Source: Nitrososphaerota archaeon
GTDB lineage: Archaea; Thermoproteota; Nitrososphaeria_A; Caldarchaeales; Calditenuaceae
DNA: 64,000 bases
Direction of reading: 5' to 3'
Assembly (NCBI GenBank): GCA_041641295.1
Contig: JBEPYO010000001.1
Span: 576,001 to 640,000, forward strand
This document shows, in pieces, positions 10,609 through 20,744 of the stretch (within the stretch, counting starts at the first letter, position 1; each line of letters opens with the position of its first letter). Under the pieces are notes generated by a model. The model was not told the DNA's origin. It was given only the letters and a program-made list of their open reading frames with translations, and made no database searches. The position numbers and the translations under genes are program-made.

Positions 10609-11543
10609 GGTTGGATTTCTTTTCTGATCCATTCGTATTCTTTTCTTAGTCCTTCGTCTAGTTTTGTCTCGGGTCTCCATCCGAGCTTTTCTTCTGCTTT
10701 CCTGTAGCTTCCTATGAATCTTTGTATGTCTCCTTTTCTGGGTGGGTGGTATTCTACTCCTGCCTTGCTTCCGGTTATTTCTAGTATCTTTTTTGCGAGC
10801 TGGTTTAGTGTTGTTCCTATGCCTGTTGGGAGTAGGAATGTTTCCCCTATTGCTTCTTGGTTCTGGATTGCTAGTAGGTATGCCTTCGCTGTGTCGACTA
10901 CATACGTGTAGTCTCTCACCTGTTCGCCGGTGCCGTATATTGGTAGTGGTTTTCCCTTGATTGCTAGTTCGAACCAGTATGCTATGAAGTTGTACCAGCC
11001 GCCGGCCCAGTATGGCTGTCTTGGGCCGTAGACGTTGCTTGGTCTTAGTATGACGTATTTTAGTCCGTATAGTCCGTTGTATATTTTGCAGAGCATTTCT
11101 CCGTATATTTTGTGGGTGTTGTAGAATGTTGAGGGGTTGTAGGGCCAGTTTTCGTCTGCTATGTGTGGTGGTGGGATGTCTCCGTGGACGCTTCTGCTGC
11201 TGGTGTATATGAGGAGGGCTTTTGTGTTGTTTTTTCTGAGGGATTCCAAGAGTCTGAAGGTTCCTTCGGCGTTTCTTGCGAAGTCTTCTTCGGGGTAGTC
11301 GACTGATTTGAAAGTTGAGACTTGGGCCGCGGCGTGTATGACGACGTCCACATCTTTTACGTCGTTAGCAGAGATGTTTCTGACGTCCTTGACTACTAGT
11401 TCGGCGTCTTCGGGGAGGTTTGTCCGTCTTCCTGCCGATAGGTCGTCGATTACTTTGACAGTGTAGCCGTTTCTCAGCAGTAGTTCCACTATATGGGAGC
11501 CTATGAATCCGGCACCTCCTGTCACAAGTACGTGTTCCTTCAA
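10605..11543 (-). CDS. NAD-dependent epimerase/dehydratase (UDP-glucose 4-epimerase-like)
   Basis: TGGAGFIG, YNTHK (YxxxK), NVYGPRQ, QVRDYTYV. Confidence 0.85.
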   Translation of the reverse strand: MKEHVLVTGGAGFIGSHIVELLLRNGYTVKVIDDLSAGRRTNLPEDAELVVKDVRNISANDVKDVDVVIHAAAQVSTFKSVDYPEEDFARNAEGTFRLLESLRKNNTKALLIYTSSRSVHGDIPPPHIADENWPYNPSTFYNTHKIYGEMLCKIYNGLYGLKYVILRPSNVYGPRQPYWAGGWYNFIAYWFELAIKGKPLPIYGTGEQVRDYTYVVDTAKAYLLAIQNQEAIGETFLLPTGIGTTLNQLAKKILEITGSKAGVEYHPPRKGDIQRFIGSYRKAEEKLGWRPETKLDEGLRKEYEWIRKEIQP

Positions 11544-11664
11544 ACTGTCTTCACAATTCTCCCGCCATAGCTATTTTTAAGGATGTTGATGAGGTGAAGG
11601 ATCTAATTCTGCGATGGACGAGTAGGGGTGGTGGCTGGAGTAGGGGTCGGTTTAGCATATTTCC

Positions 11665-12765
11665 TTAGAGCGCCATTTTTCTGAATTCTACAACTTCGTA
11701 GTCTGTTTGGTCTGTTATTGTAACTTTTTCGGAGTTATACCCCCCTCTTATTAGCCAGTAGATGAGTGCTATGCTTAGAGCTAGTGATTTTGCCAGCCTG
11801 AAAGGGAGCGTTAATGGGTAGAGGGTTAGACGTCCAATCCCTACTGCCCTTCGTGAATAAGCTAGGAAACCTCCGGCCAGTAGTGCTAGGAGTGGGTAGT
11901 AGGTTAGTGGGGATAAGAATATGCTTGTGAGTAGGGCGTCCCAGTATAGGATGCTCTTTACAGCGCTGGATGCTATCTTGTTTTTTAAGAAGAGCTTTGC
12001 CTCTGATCGGGCACCGGCAAAGAAATATTTTCTAATCTCTCTTAGTGAGTATCTTCTAAGATGCTTTACTATTACCCTAGAATCAAATAGGCAAGTAAGG
12101 CCTTTCCGCGTGGCCCGTCTCCCCCAGTCTAGGTCTTCAATGAATCTTATATCTTCGTCAAAATATCCAACACTCTTTGCAGTCTCTAGGTTGATAAGAC
12201 ATGCAGCCGTGTTGCATGCCTCTCCTCTACTAACCCGGTGTTTGGGATTTGCACGTCTAGCTTTGAGATACTTTGCATACAGTCGCTCAAGGAAGTCCAG
12301 GTTCTCATAGCCTACGTCCCATACTGTGCTTACACAAACTATGGATGGCTCTTTGCTAATTAGTTCAAGTCCTCTATTGAGGAAGTCTTTATCTATTATT
12401 ATGTCGGAATCTATGAATGCTAAGTATTTGAATTTTAGCTCTTGAGCGGTTTTGAGGGCTATGTTGCGTAGTCTGCTTGGGTTTCCGGCTGCTCTTATGT
12501 GTAGTACGCCTCCGTAGTTTTCGCCGTGTTTTTTTAGCCAGTTTTTGCAGAAGTCAAATGCACCGTCTTTTGAATAGTTGTCGATGAGGCAGAGGAATAT
12601 TCGTTCCTTTGGGTAGTTTAGACTTGATAGTGATTCGAGGGCGCGGGATAGTGTGTCTCCCTTCATACTGTGATAGATCATTGTTACGAATATTGGTAGT
12701 TGTTTTTCCGCTGGAACTGGTTTCTCAGTTTGCATGCCTGTGGGTATTTTTGGGGCTGGACACAT
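11665..12765 (-). CDS. Glycosyltransferase, GT2 family
   Basis: IDNYSKDG, FIDSD, EDLDW motifs and C-terminal TM segments. Confidence 0.8.
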   Translation of the reverse strand: MCPAPKIPTGMQTEKPVPAEKQLPIFVTMIYHSMKGDTLSRALESLSSLNYPKERIFLCLIDNYSKDGAFDFCKNWLKKHGENYGGVLHIRAAGNPSRLRNIALKTAQELKFKYLAFIDSDIIIDKDFLNRGLELISKEPSIVCVSTVWDVGYENLDFLERLYAKYLKARRANPKHRVSRGEACNTAACLINLETAKSVGYFDEDIRFIEDLDWGRRATRKGLTCLFDSRVIVKHLRRYSLREIRKYFFAGARSEAKLFLKNKIASSAVKSILYWDALLTSIFLSPLTYYPLLALLAGGFLAYSRRAVGIGRLTLYPLTLPFRLAKSLALSIALIYWLIRGGYNSEKVTITDQTDYEVVEFRKMAL

Positions 12766-12813
12766 AAAAATCTAAGCTTATGCGGCTTTATAGCTTGTCA
12801 TGGATTATACGTT

Positions 12814-13443
12814 CTAATGGTTGAATATGCTTCTGGTGAGCCATCGGCGGTATAGCAGCCATTCCAGTATCCACTTTAGCCTCCTAGCTAGCTCTAGTGG
12901 GTTCTTTCTCAGTATTAGTCGGTGGATGGGGAGCTCTCTATGCTCTAGGTATGCCCAAGTTAGGTGTTTCTGGTTCAGGAGGTATCTAGGGTTAGGATTG
13001 ATGTTAAGGTGCTGTAATTCGAGCGCTTGACAGTCCAGCTCATCAATATTCAGCCCCATCTTTTTCAACCTGATCTTGAGCTCGATGTCCTCGCCCATAT
13101 TCGGTTTGAGCCTCTCATCATAACCGCCCGAGGCGAAGAACGTCACTGCGTTAATCACTAAAATATGGGGTTGAGCATGCCAAATGGCTCGACCTCTGCT
13201 TTTCTTAAATTCGACTAGAAATGTGTAGAGGGCTCGCCAATTCAGACGCGCGTCGTCATCGATGAAGCAGAGAACCTCTCCCCTTGCTACTGCTGCTCCT
13301 ATGTTCCTTGACCTGCTAGCATTGCGCCATCTGTCTCTCACCTCTATTACTTCAACTCCTCGAGACTCTAGTTCCTCCCGTGGCAGATACTGGATTGTCT
13401 TGTTATCCCCCAGTGTGGGTATAATTATCGAGGCCCATACCAC
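12814..13443 (-). CDS. Short GT2 family glycosyltransferase
   Basis: SIIIPT, RNIGA, FIDDD, GGYDER, GEDIE. Confidence 0.75.
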   Translation of the reverse strand: MVWASIIIPTLGDNKTIQYLPREELESRGVEVIEVRDRWRNASRSRNIGAAVARGEVLCFIDDDARLNWRALYTFLVEFKKSRGRAIWHAQPHILVINAVTFFASGGYDERLKPNMGEDIELKIRLKKMGLNIDELDCQALELQHLNINPNPRYLLNQKHLTWAYLEHRELPIHRLILRKNPLELARRLKWILEWLLYRRWLTRSIFNH

Positions 13444-13457
13444 TATCTAAAACCACC

Positions 13458-14225
13458 TCATCTTTTCCTAGTTGCTACGAGGTAACATTGACCCTTAAAA
13501 GGTTTGAACCCCGCGAATGTGTGAAACTTGTATCCGTACTTAGTTAATAGATCGGCTACCTGGTCATATGTGCCATGGCATTCTATAAGTAAGAGTGGAT
13601 TTCTCTCATTAATTGTTTTCTCTGCACCCTTTAAGATCCTTAATTCTCCGCCCTCGGCATCTATCTTGATGAGTAAATCTCCCTCGGGAATGTGTATGTC
13701 ATCTATCTTGATCGTTTTTAAGATGATTCTGTTTACCGTTTTACTTTTAGGAGCCCACTTTTTAAACATCCGTGCCTCTGCAAACATACTATCGCATCCA
13801 GGCAGTTGAAGGAACTCTAGAGTTGACCCATCTCCGGCGGGAGCTGGAATAACACGTATCCTGTTATCTTTTTGGGATAACCTCTGCAGTATTTCTACAT
13901 ATTGTGGTACAGGTTCGATGGCAATTATTGCTTTTGCTTTTTCCGCTATTATTGTTGTGTCGCCTATGTATGCGCCGACGTCTATGTAGACCCCCCTCCA
14001 CTTCGATATTATTTGCCTGAACATCTGCTCCCCTTCAGAACTCCAATCAAGTATCATTAAGACCTTATACGCAACCCTTCTAAGCATAGGTATTTTAGTC
14101 ATTCTTCTCAACAAAAACCACCGTAGACGCCAATGTACCGACCTTGGATCTTCAAGCAACTTATAGATTACGAACAAGGGGTTTATGAGGCGAGTCGGCT
14201 TAGAAGTGTCTTTCTTTGTTACCAT
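13458..14225 (-). CDS. FkbM family methyltransferase
   Basis: YIDVGAYIG, AIEP, KIDAEGGE, LIECH. Confidence 0.85.
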   Translation of the reverse strand: MVTKKDTSKPTRLINPLFVIYKLLEDPRSVHWRLRWFLLRRMTKIPMLRRVAYKVLMILDWSSEGEQMFRQIISKWRGVYIDVGAYIGDTTIIAEKAKAIIAIEPVPQYVEILQRLSQKDNRIRVIPAPAGDGSTLEFLQLPGCDSMFAEARMFKKWAPKSKTVNRIILKTIKIDDIHIPEGDLLIKIDAEGGELRILKGAEKTINERNPLLLIECHGTYDQVADLLTKYGYKFHTFAGFKPFKGQCYLVATRKR

Positions 14226-15052
14226 GGAATCTCGCCATACCTAGTTGCAATTAAATGATAGTTATGCCATCTAGCTCTGGCTGTAGAATAAACACGCGAT
14301 AGCCCTTCTTTATTAAGTGAGGGTACTATTTCTAGGCTTTCTCTACTCATAGGTGTGTAATGAACTTCAACTACTAAGTTCCTGACAGATGAGAGGTCTA
14401 AGGTGGGATCTGTTAGGACATGACATTCGGCGCTTTCAATATCCATCTTCACGAGATCAACCCCGCTGAGCCCCATCCTTCTCACGAGTGTATCAAGCCT
14501 AATGGTCCTCACCTTAATTGTCCCATCGCTTAAATACCCTCTTGCCATATGATCTATTATCGGTGTCATACTACCTGCTTGGCTTAATTCACCTTTTCCT
14601 GTATAGAACTCTATATCTTCATCGTCACATGTCCAGACAGCTAGTCTAACTGTCCGGATGTTGTCTGCTTTGGGTAATTCACGTACTAACGCTTGATAAT
14701 TCTGAGGGACAGGTTCGACTGCTACTATTAGCGAGCCGTGTCGACGCCTTAAAATTCTATAGGCCTTCAAGGTATGAAATCCAGTATAAGCACCAACGTC
14801 AATAAAAATGGAGTCGCCTTCCCTCATAACCTTGGATATTACTCGTGCTACATGAGGCTCATACGGTGCACTTATACTTAGTATGCCATATCGAGCATCC
14901 CACCCAGCTCCATAATGTAGCCCTAACAATTGCATGTACCGGTTGGGCCGCTCCTTACCGATTAATACCCTCATAGTGGCTCGCAGAAGTGCGTAGCCAA
15001 TGTAGAGCAGCCCAACCCACGCCATTACACCAGCCACACGAAGATCAGCCAT
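14219..15052 (-). CDS. FkbM family methyltransferase, possibly decaying
   Basis: FIDVGAYTG, AVEP, KMDIESAE; C-terminal segment appears frameshifted and then restored. Confidence 0.7.
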   Translation of the reverse strand: MADLRVAGVMAWVGLLYIGYALLRATMRVLIGKERPNRYMQLLGLHYGAGWDARYGILSISAPYEPHVARVISKVMREGDSIFIDVGAYTGFHTLKAYRILRRRHGSLIVAVEPVPQNYQALVRELPKADNIRTVRLAVWTCDDEDIEFYTGKGELSQAGSMTPIIDHMARGYLSDGTIKVRTIRLDTLVRRMGLSGVDLVKMDIESAECHVLTDPTLDLSSVRNLVVEVHYTPMSRESLEIVPSLNKEGLSRVYSTARARWHNYHLIATRYGEIPW

Positions 15053-15095
15053 AACACCCTTCTAAGGCTGCTGACTCACTGCTGATAAATTAATT

Positions 15096-15735
15096 TTATC
15101 CAAAAATGCTCCTCCTCTTCCATCTAGTGAATAGTATCCATTGAAGAGCCCAAAACCATATCCTAGCTAGCTTTATAGGGTGTTTTCGTAATAAGACACG
15201 TCGAAGCGGAAAAGTTCCATACTCGATATATGTCCAAGTAAAACTCTTATTTGCAGCCAAGTAGTGCCTTCTATCCCACGTATCGCGGAGATGAACCAGC
15301 CTTATATCCAGTAAATTGACACTCACCCCCATGTGCCGCAGCCTCTCCCTAATCTCAACCGCTTCAGCCCCCCTTATAGGATGACGCTCATCATATCCAC
15401 CCACCCTGAAGAATACATCACTCCTGACAATCAAGATATGAGGCGCGTCACTCCAATAACACTCAACACCACAAGCATCACTAACATGAAGAATCCTCTG
15501 CTTAAGCTGCTCAAAATCAAACTCCGCATCATCATCAATGAAACACAATACCGACCCCCTTGAGACGGCTGCCCAAATATTCCTACTTCTACTGGCATTC
15601 CTCATCCCCCACCGGTCATGAACGATAATAAGCTCCACACCCTGCCTCCTCAACTACTCCTCATCAGTCAACGAGTAAAGAGTAGGCGGGATCCTCCACC
15701 AAAGTCGGAATAATAATCGAGCAACAAGGCCTCAT
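15096..15735 (-). pseudogene. Pseudogene paralog of the short GT2 at 12814-13443
   Basis: MRPCCSIIIPTL from 15735 lies in a different frame from the body; in-frame TAG at 15654-15656; body retains RNASRSRNI, FIDDDA, GGYDER. Confidence 0.75.
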
Positions 15736-15788
15736 TTCCCACAACTACCTACACATTACTTTATATAACCCTTCCAAGAGCAGATCAA

Positions 15789-16835
15789 ATGGTGCGTGCA
15801 TCAATAATAATACCAGCATACAACGAGGAAAGACACATCGCTAAATGTATAGAATCTCTTCTACAACAAAATTACAGCGACATAGAAATAATCATCATAG
15901 ACAATGGATCAAAAGATAAGACTAGAGACATAGCACAGAGCTATATTGAGAAGTATCCTCAAAAAATCCGCCTCATAAAACTCAGCCAAAACATGGGCCC
16001 AGGTGCAGCAAGAAACATCGGAGCCAAACAAGCCAGCGGAGAAATCTTACTCTTCCTCGACGCTGACATGATCTTTCCACCAGACTACATTACGAATCTT
16101 GTGGAACCAATCAAAAGAAACATGGCCGTATCAACTTCACATAGTGAGGAGCTGGTGGGAAATTTAGAAAAAAGGTGGGTGAAAGTTCAAGGACAGCTCA
16201 AGAAGAGCCCACACACGGGAAAAATAGGCGTCGCCAGAGCTATCAGGAAAGACATATTTTTAAAATATGGAGGCTTCGACCCTACACTACATTACCATGA
16301 TGACAGAACATTCTTCCACAAAAGTGGAATCGAGGCACTAGTTATATCCGAGGCACACTGCTACCCCAACAATCCCGACACATTATATGAAATTTTTAGA
16401 AGGAACTATTGGATAGGTAGGACATATATAGCCATAACATTGAGGGAGAAAGGTTTGAAGGGCTTACTAGAGGTGGCGAGAACCGCTATTATCAGACTTA
16501 TAGATCTCACCGCCATCCCATTCGCAGCATCGTGGCTAGCGTGCAGGCTAACTGGCATCACAAACTCCCTGATAGAGGCTCTCCTCATAACCCCGCCAAT
16601 CCTCTTCATACTAGCCATAGTCAAGATGAAAATCGTAAACGCCCCATCCATTAAAGAGAAGATAATACTAAGATCTCTCTACGCCCCCGCATACAGAATC
16701 GTCAGGGCAGCAGGTCTCATAGCAGGACTGACAGCCTCTCTAACGAGAGGCCTAACAGTAAAACCGAAAACACAGCCCATCACAACACTACACCAGCACA
16801 ACAATACGGGCTCACCATACCAACATAAATCCTAG
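15789..16835 (+). CDS. Glycosyltransferase, GT2 family
   Basis: SIIIPAYNEE, DNGSKD, FLDAD, C-terminal TM segments. Confidence 0.9.
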   Translation: MVRASIIIPAYNEERHIAKCIESLLQQNYSDIEIIIIDNGSKDKTRDIAQSYIEKYPQKIRLIKLSQNMGPGAARNIGAKQASGEILLFLDADMIFPPDYITNLVEPIKRNMAVSTSHSEELVGNLEKRWVKVQGQLKKSPHTGKIGVARAIRKDIFLKYGGFDPTLHYHDDRTFFHKSGIEALVISEAHCYPNNPDTLYEIFRRNYWIGRTYIAITLREKGLKGLLEVARTAIIRLIDLTAIPFAASWLACRLTGITNSLIEALLITPPILFILAIVKMKIVNAPSIKEKIILRSLYAPAYRIVRAAGLIAGLTASLTRGLTVKPKTQPITTLHQHNNTGSPYQHKS

Positions 16836-16908
16836 CAAACCCACCCCATAACGTAGCCGGACTACTCGCCTCCAACACTTATAAACTCACCACAAGTCAT
16901 ACATATTA

Positions 16909-17940
16909 ATGCATCAAACACCCAAAGTAGCTTTAATAGTGCTAAACCACAACTCCGTATCAAAGCTTGGCAGAGAAATGCTCAGATATGTTGAGAGCAT
17001 AGCCAAAACACAATACCGCAACCTAGAGATAATAATTATAGATAACGCCTCCACCGACGGCAGCTACAACATAATCCAAGACTGGGTCAAAAACTATCCC
17101 CACACAAGACTATTGAAACTAGACAGGAACCTAGGCTATGCAGGTGGAAATAACACAGGATTCAGAACAGCCGTAAAAGATGCAAAATATGTCGCATTCC
17201 TTAATAACGACATAGAAGTTGAACAGGACTGGCTAGAAAAAATAATAGAAGTAATGGAGTCCGATAGAAGCATCGCCGCAGCCCAGCCAAAAATACTCCA
17301 ACTAAAAAATAAACAACTCATCGACTCACTTGGAGGATTCGTAGACAGACTCGGCAGAGCATACGACCTCGGCCACGGAATGCCAGACATGGACCAACAT
17401 GAAAAACCCTTTGAAGTATTCTACGCACGCGGGGCAGCGATAGTTGTCCGCGCAGAATTGTTCAGGATGGTCGGCGGGTTTGACGAGGACTACTTCATCT
17501 ACTACGAGGAAACAGATCTCTGCTGGAGGCTAAGACTCCTAGGCTACAAGATAGTTACAGTCCCAACCGCAAGGATATATCACCTTGGGGGTGGTACAAC
17601 AGGCGGAGCAACACCCCACACTATATACCTCAGGAGACGTAACCAACTCGCCACTATACTGAAAAACTACAACTTATTTAACGCCATGAGATTCGGCGCC
17701 ACCGTAATACTACTATATTCGGTATTCGCAATATCTCGCCTTACGATTAGAAGAGATAGCAGGGTAGCCGCCGCAGTACTAAAATCTTTAATCTGGAACA
17801 TAAAAAATCTGAAAAGAGTCTTCGCGAAACGAGCTATAATACAAGCAATACGCCGAGTCCCTGAAAAAGACATCCTAAAACACATGCTCACCGTGCAACA
17901 ATACAATTCAATTGCAAAGCATCTCGTGAAAGAGTACTAG
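16909..17940 (+). CDS. Glycosyltransferase, GT2 family (rhamnosyltransferase-like)
   Basis: DNASTDG, NLGYAGGNN, FLNND, YYEETDLCWR. Confidence 0.9.
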   Translation: MHQTPKVALIVLNHNSVSKLGREMLRYVESIAKTQYRNLEIIIIDNASTDGSYNIIQDWVKNYPHTRLLKLDRNLGYAGGNNTGFRTAVKDAKYVAFLNNDIEVEQDWLEKIIEVMESDRSIAAAQPKILQLKNKQLIDSLGGFVDRLGRAYDLGHGMPDMDQHEKPFEVFYARGAAIVVRAELFRMVGGFDEDYFIYYEETDLCWRLRLLGYKIVTVPTARIYHLGGGTTGGATPHTIYLRRRNQLATILKNYNLFNAMRFGATVILLYSVFAISRLTIRRDSRVAAAVLKSLIWNIKNLKRVFAKRAIIQAIRRVPEKDILKHMLTVQQYNSIAKHLVKEY

Positions 17941-18839
17941 GATTTGAGCAGCTCGTAGAGCATTCCGGCTGTTCTGACGGCCTGTCTTAACACCTCTATC
18001 GCAGGGAGAACAATCTTGTCCACCAATCCAATACTGTCGAGCGTTCCATATCTTAAGAGATAGTGCAGATAAATTAAAAGTTGTAGCGGCGGTACAAGCA
18101 GGGCTGAGGTAAGCACAATATTCTTGAAGGTCCATAGTGGGGACATGTCAGGATGCTTCTCAGCTATATGGACGTAGCTTCTGCCATACCTGAAGTTGAG
18201 CTTCCAAAACCTAGCCCGCTCTAAATGTAACACCTCTACCGGCAGGTATGAGAGCCGATACCCGGCCTTACGGAGTCTAAAACTTATGTCACTATCTTCC
18301 TTAGCCAGTTTGAAGTAGGGGTCAAACCCACCCACCTGTTCCAGTGCATCTCTCCTAAACATAGTGCAAGCTGTATGTAACGCTATGGCAGGATGCGGAT
18401 AACAAGGGTCTGATAAATGGAGATAAATCGCCAGATTCTTCGCTTGAAAACGGGCAAGCCAGCCTTGCTCCTGCACCACCGGTCTGAGTTTCGCAGAAAC
18501 AGCGCCTAATCCTTGATCAGACTCCAACACCTTTATAGCCTCGGTCACAAAAAGTGGTTCTAAAACCACATCGCTGTCCAACATAACAATATATGGACTA
18601 GTGGTCGCTCTCCATCCTTTGTCCCTTGCAAATCCAAGCCCCCGTCTTTCATCGTCAAGGATCTTAATTACGAGCCTCTCGCTGAAACGCTTAATAACCT
18701 CTAATGTCCCATCAGTCGACCCACCATCCACAACGACAACCTCTCCAACAGGCTCCGATACACGGGTGATAGCCTCAATACACCTCTCAATCGTTCTTAC
18801 AGAATTTTTCGTCAAGATCACAAACGAAACACTAGCCAT
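17937..18839 (-). CDS. Glycosyltransferase, GT2 family
   Basis: VDGGSTDGT, MLDSD, EDSD motifs. Confidence 0.85.
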   Translation of the reverse strand: MASVSFVILTKNSVRTIERCIEAITRVSEPVGEVVVVDGGSTDGTLEVIKRFSERLVIKILDDERRGLGFARDKGWRATTSPYIVMLDSDVVLEPLFVTEAIKVLESDQGLGAVSAKLRPVVQEQGWLARFQAKNLAIYLHLSDPCYPHPAIALHTACTMFRRDALEQVGGFDPYFKLAKEDSDISFRLRKAGYRLSYLPVEVLHLERARFWKLNFRYGRSYVHIAEKHPDMSPLWTFKNIVLTSALLVPPLQLLIYLHYLLRYGTLDSIGLVDKIVLPAIEVLRQAVRTAGMLYELLKS

Positions 18840-18953
18840 CACATAGTCAAGAATCTGTGGATATATTAAATTCTTCATATGTAGGCGTATCGACTTCCGA
18901 GACGCATTAGTTTCTGTCTTACACAGAGTCGTAGCCAGAGATTTTCCTGCGCT

Positions 18954-19796
18954 TTATGCTGTTTTTCTTGTTATGTCTGTTTTGGTTAGTCTTACGAGTG
19001 TGATTGCTAGGAGTGCTGCGGTGTACAGTGTGATGTTTACGGCGAGTGTGAGGGTTTCTGCTGGTTGTGTGGAGCCGGTTAGTAGGGGGATTTGTACGCC
19101 CTGTAGTCCGAGGCTTGAGGAGATTACTGTGGCGGTCATCCTTGAGGCGGCCCATGATGGCAGGTATTCGGCGATGGCTGTTAGGGATTGGTTGTTCGTG
19201 ATCGCTCCGACGAATCCTAGGTAGGTCTCCGCGATGAGGGAGGTGAAGTAGGCGGTGGCTGCTAGGATTGTGGCCAGCATGCTCCGCCTCAATAGCTCTC
19301 CAGCTGCCAGTCCTATTGAGAGGAAGGTTAGGGCTGAGAAGGCTGAGGCGAGGGCTGCTGTGGGGAGGAGGTCGAGCCTGGCCTGGGGGCCGAAGATCCA
19401 CCAGGAGAGGGCTAGGCTTAGTGTGGTGTAGGTCGCGACTATGGCCGTTGTGAAGGCTAGGCTTCCGAGGACTTTGCCTGCGAAGTATTCTATTCGGGTG
19501 ATGGGCCGGGTGAGCCAGAAGTCCGCCGTCCCCATCTCATACTCCTCCGAGAAGGCTGCTGCGCCGATGGTAAGTGCGAGGATGTGTATCAGGATGGTTG
19601 AGGGGACTATTAGCCCGATTATCCAGGCGTAGGGTTTGAAGGGCTGGATAAATGTGGTGGGGAGTAGTGTGAGTATGAGGTAGAGTGCGGCCTCGGCTAG
19701 GAAGATGAGGGCGATTAGGAGGATTATCCTCTTCCGCGCTATCGCCCTTCTCAGTTCGTATAGTATGAGAGTAGAGAGTGCTTTAGGGCTTAGCAC
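18954..19796 (-). CDS. ABC-2 type exporter permease
   Basis: EEYEMGT...LTRPITR..YFAGK motif and six TM segments. Confidence 0.85.
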   Translation of the reverse strand: MLSPKALSTLILYELRRAIARKRIILLIALIFLAEAALYLILTLLPTTFIQPFKPYAWIIGLIVPSTILIHILALTIGAAAFSEEYEMGTADFWLTRPITRIEYFAGKVLGSLAFTTAIVATYTTLSLALSWWIFGPQARLDLLPTAALASAFSALTFLSIGLAAGELLRRSMLATILAATAYFTSLIAETYLGFVGAITNNQSLTAIAEYLPSWAASRMTATVISSSLGLQGVQIPLLTGSTQPAETLTLAVNITLYTAALLAITLVRLTKTDITRKTA

Positions 19797-20724
19797 CTTT
19801 CTGGACCACCTCCATGAAGAGATCCTCCAGCGTCTTGTTGATGATGCGTAGGCCGATCAGCCCCGCACCAGATTTCACCAGCTCCTCCGCAAGCCTCTCA
19901 CGCCCATCCACCCCCTCCGCGAAATGGACCCGTAGTCTTGAGCCGTCAAGCTCAAGGCTCTGAACCCCTTCGATTCCCTTTATCAGGGAGGTTGGCACTA
20001 GGCTTGGCCGCAGAACTTCAGCCTCAACAATCATACCCAACGTGTTTTGTGAGAGAAGCTCCTGTACCCAGCCCTCAACCATAACCCTGCCTTGGTATAT
20101 CATGCCGACAATATCGGCGACCCTCTCCAGCTCGTAGAGCTCGTGGGAGGAGAAGAGTATTGTCTTACCGCTCCTCTTAAGGTCTAGAAGTATCTCGCGG
20201 ATCTGGACCCGCGCCGCAGGATCAACACCAAGCATCGGCTCGTCGAGTATGAGTATCTCTGGATCGCCCATGATCGCCTGGGCCACTGCAAGCCTCTGCA
20301 GCATTCCCTTACTGTAGCCGCCCACGCTTCTATCCGCGTGTGAGACTAGGCCGGAGAGGTCGAGTACCCTGGCGATTTCGCGGAGGAGCTCTTCGCCTGA
20401 GAGGCCCTTGAGCCTCCCTGTTATCTTGAGTATGTCTCTGGCGGTGAGGAATGGTGGGAATGAGGGGAGTTCCTGCGAGTAGCCTGTGATCTGCATCAGC
20501 TCTTTGGCCTCGGACGCCGGGTCTAGGCCTGCGACCCTTATCATGCCGCTGGTGGGCCTCTGGAGGCCGAGCATGCATCTGATCGTGGTTGTTTTGCCGG
20601 AGCCGTTCGGCCCAACTAAGCCGTAGATTACTCCGCGTGGGGTTTTGAGGGAGATAGGCCCCACAACTACTCCATCCCTATACCTTTTGACTAGCTCCTT
20701 GACCTCGATGAGCCATTCCGACAA
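19783..20724 (-). CDS. ABC exporter ATP-binding protein
   Basis: GPNGSGKTT, YSKGM, LDEP, SSH. Confidence 0.9.
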   Translation of the reverse strand: MSEWLIEVKELVKRYRDGVVVGPISLKTPRGVIYGLVGPNGSGKTTTIRCMLGLQRPTSGMIRVAGLDPASEAKELMQITGYSQELPSFPPFLTARDILKITGRLKGLSGEELLREIARVLDLSGLVSHADRSVGGYSKGMLQRLAVAQAIMGDPEILILDEPMLGVDPAARVQIREILLDLKRSGKTILFSSHELYELERVADIVGMIYQGRVMVEGWVQELLSQNTLGMIVEAEVLRPSLVPTSLIKGIEGVQSLELDGSRLRVHFAEGVDGRERLAEELVKSGAGLIGLRIINKTLEDLFMEVVQKGAKP

Positions 20725-20744
20725 GCCGATATCCTCTCCAGCCC

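Noticed and set aside
15654-15656. In-frame TAG as pyrrolysine readthrough
   Set aside because: The gene also has a frameshift and no pyl genes are seen; a pseudogene is the simpler explanation
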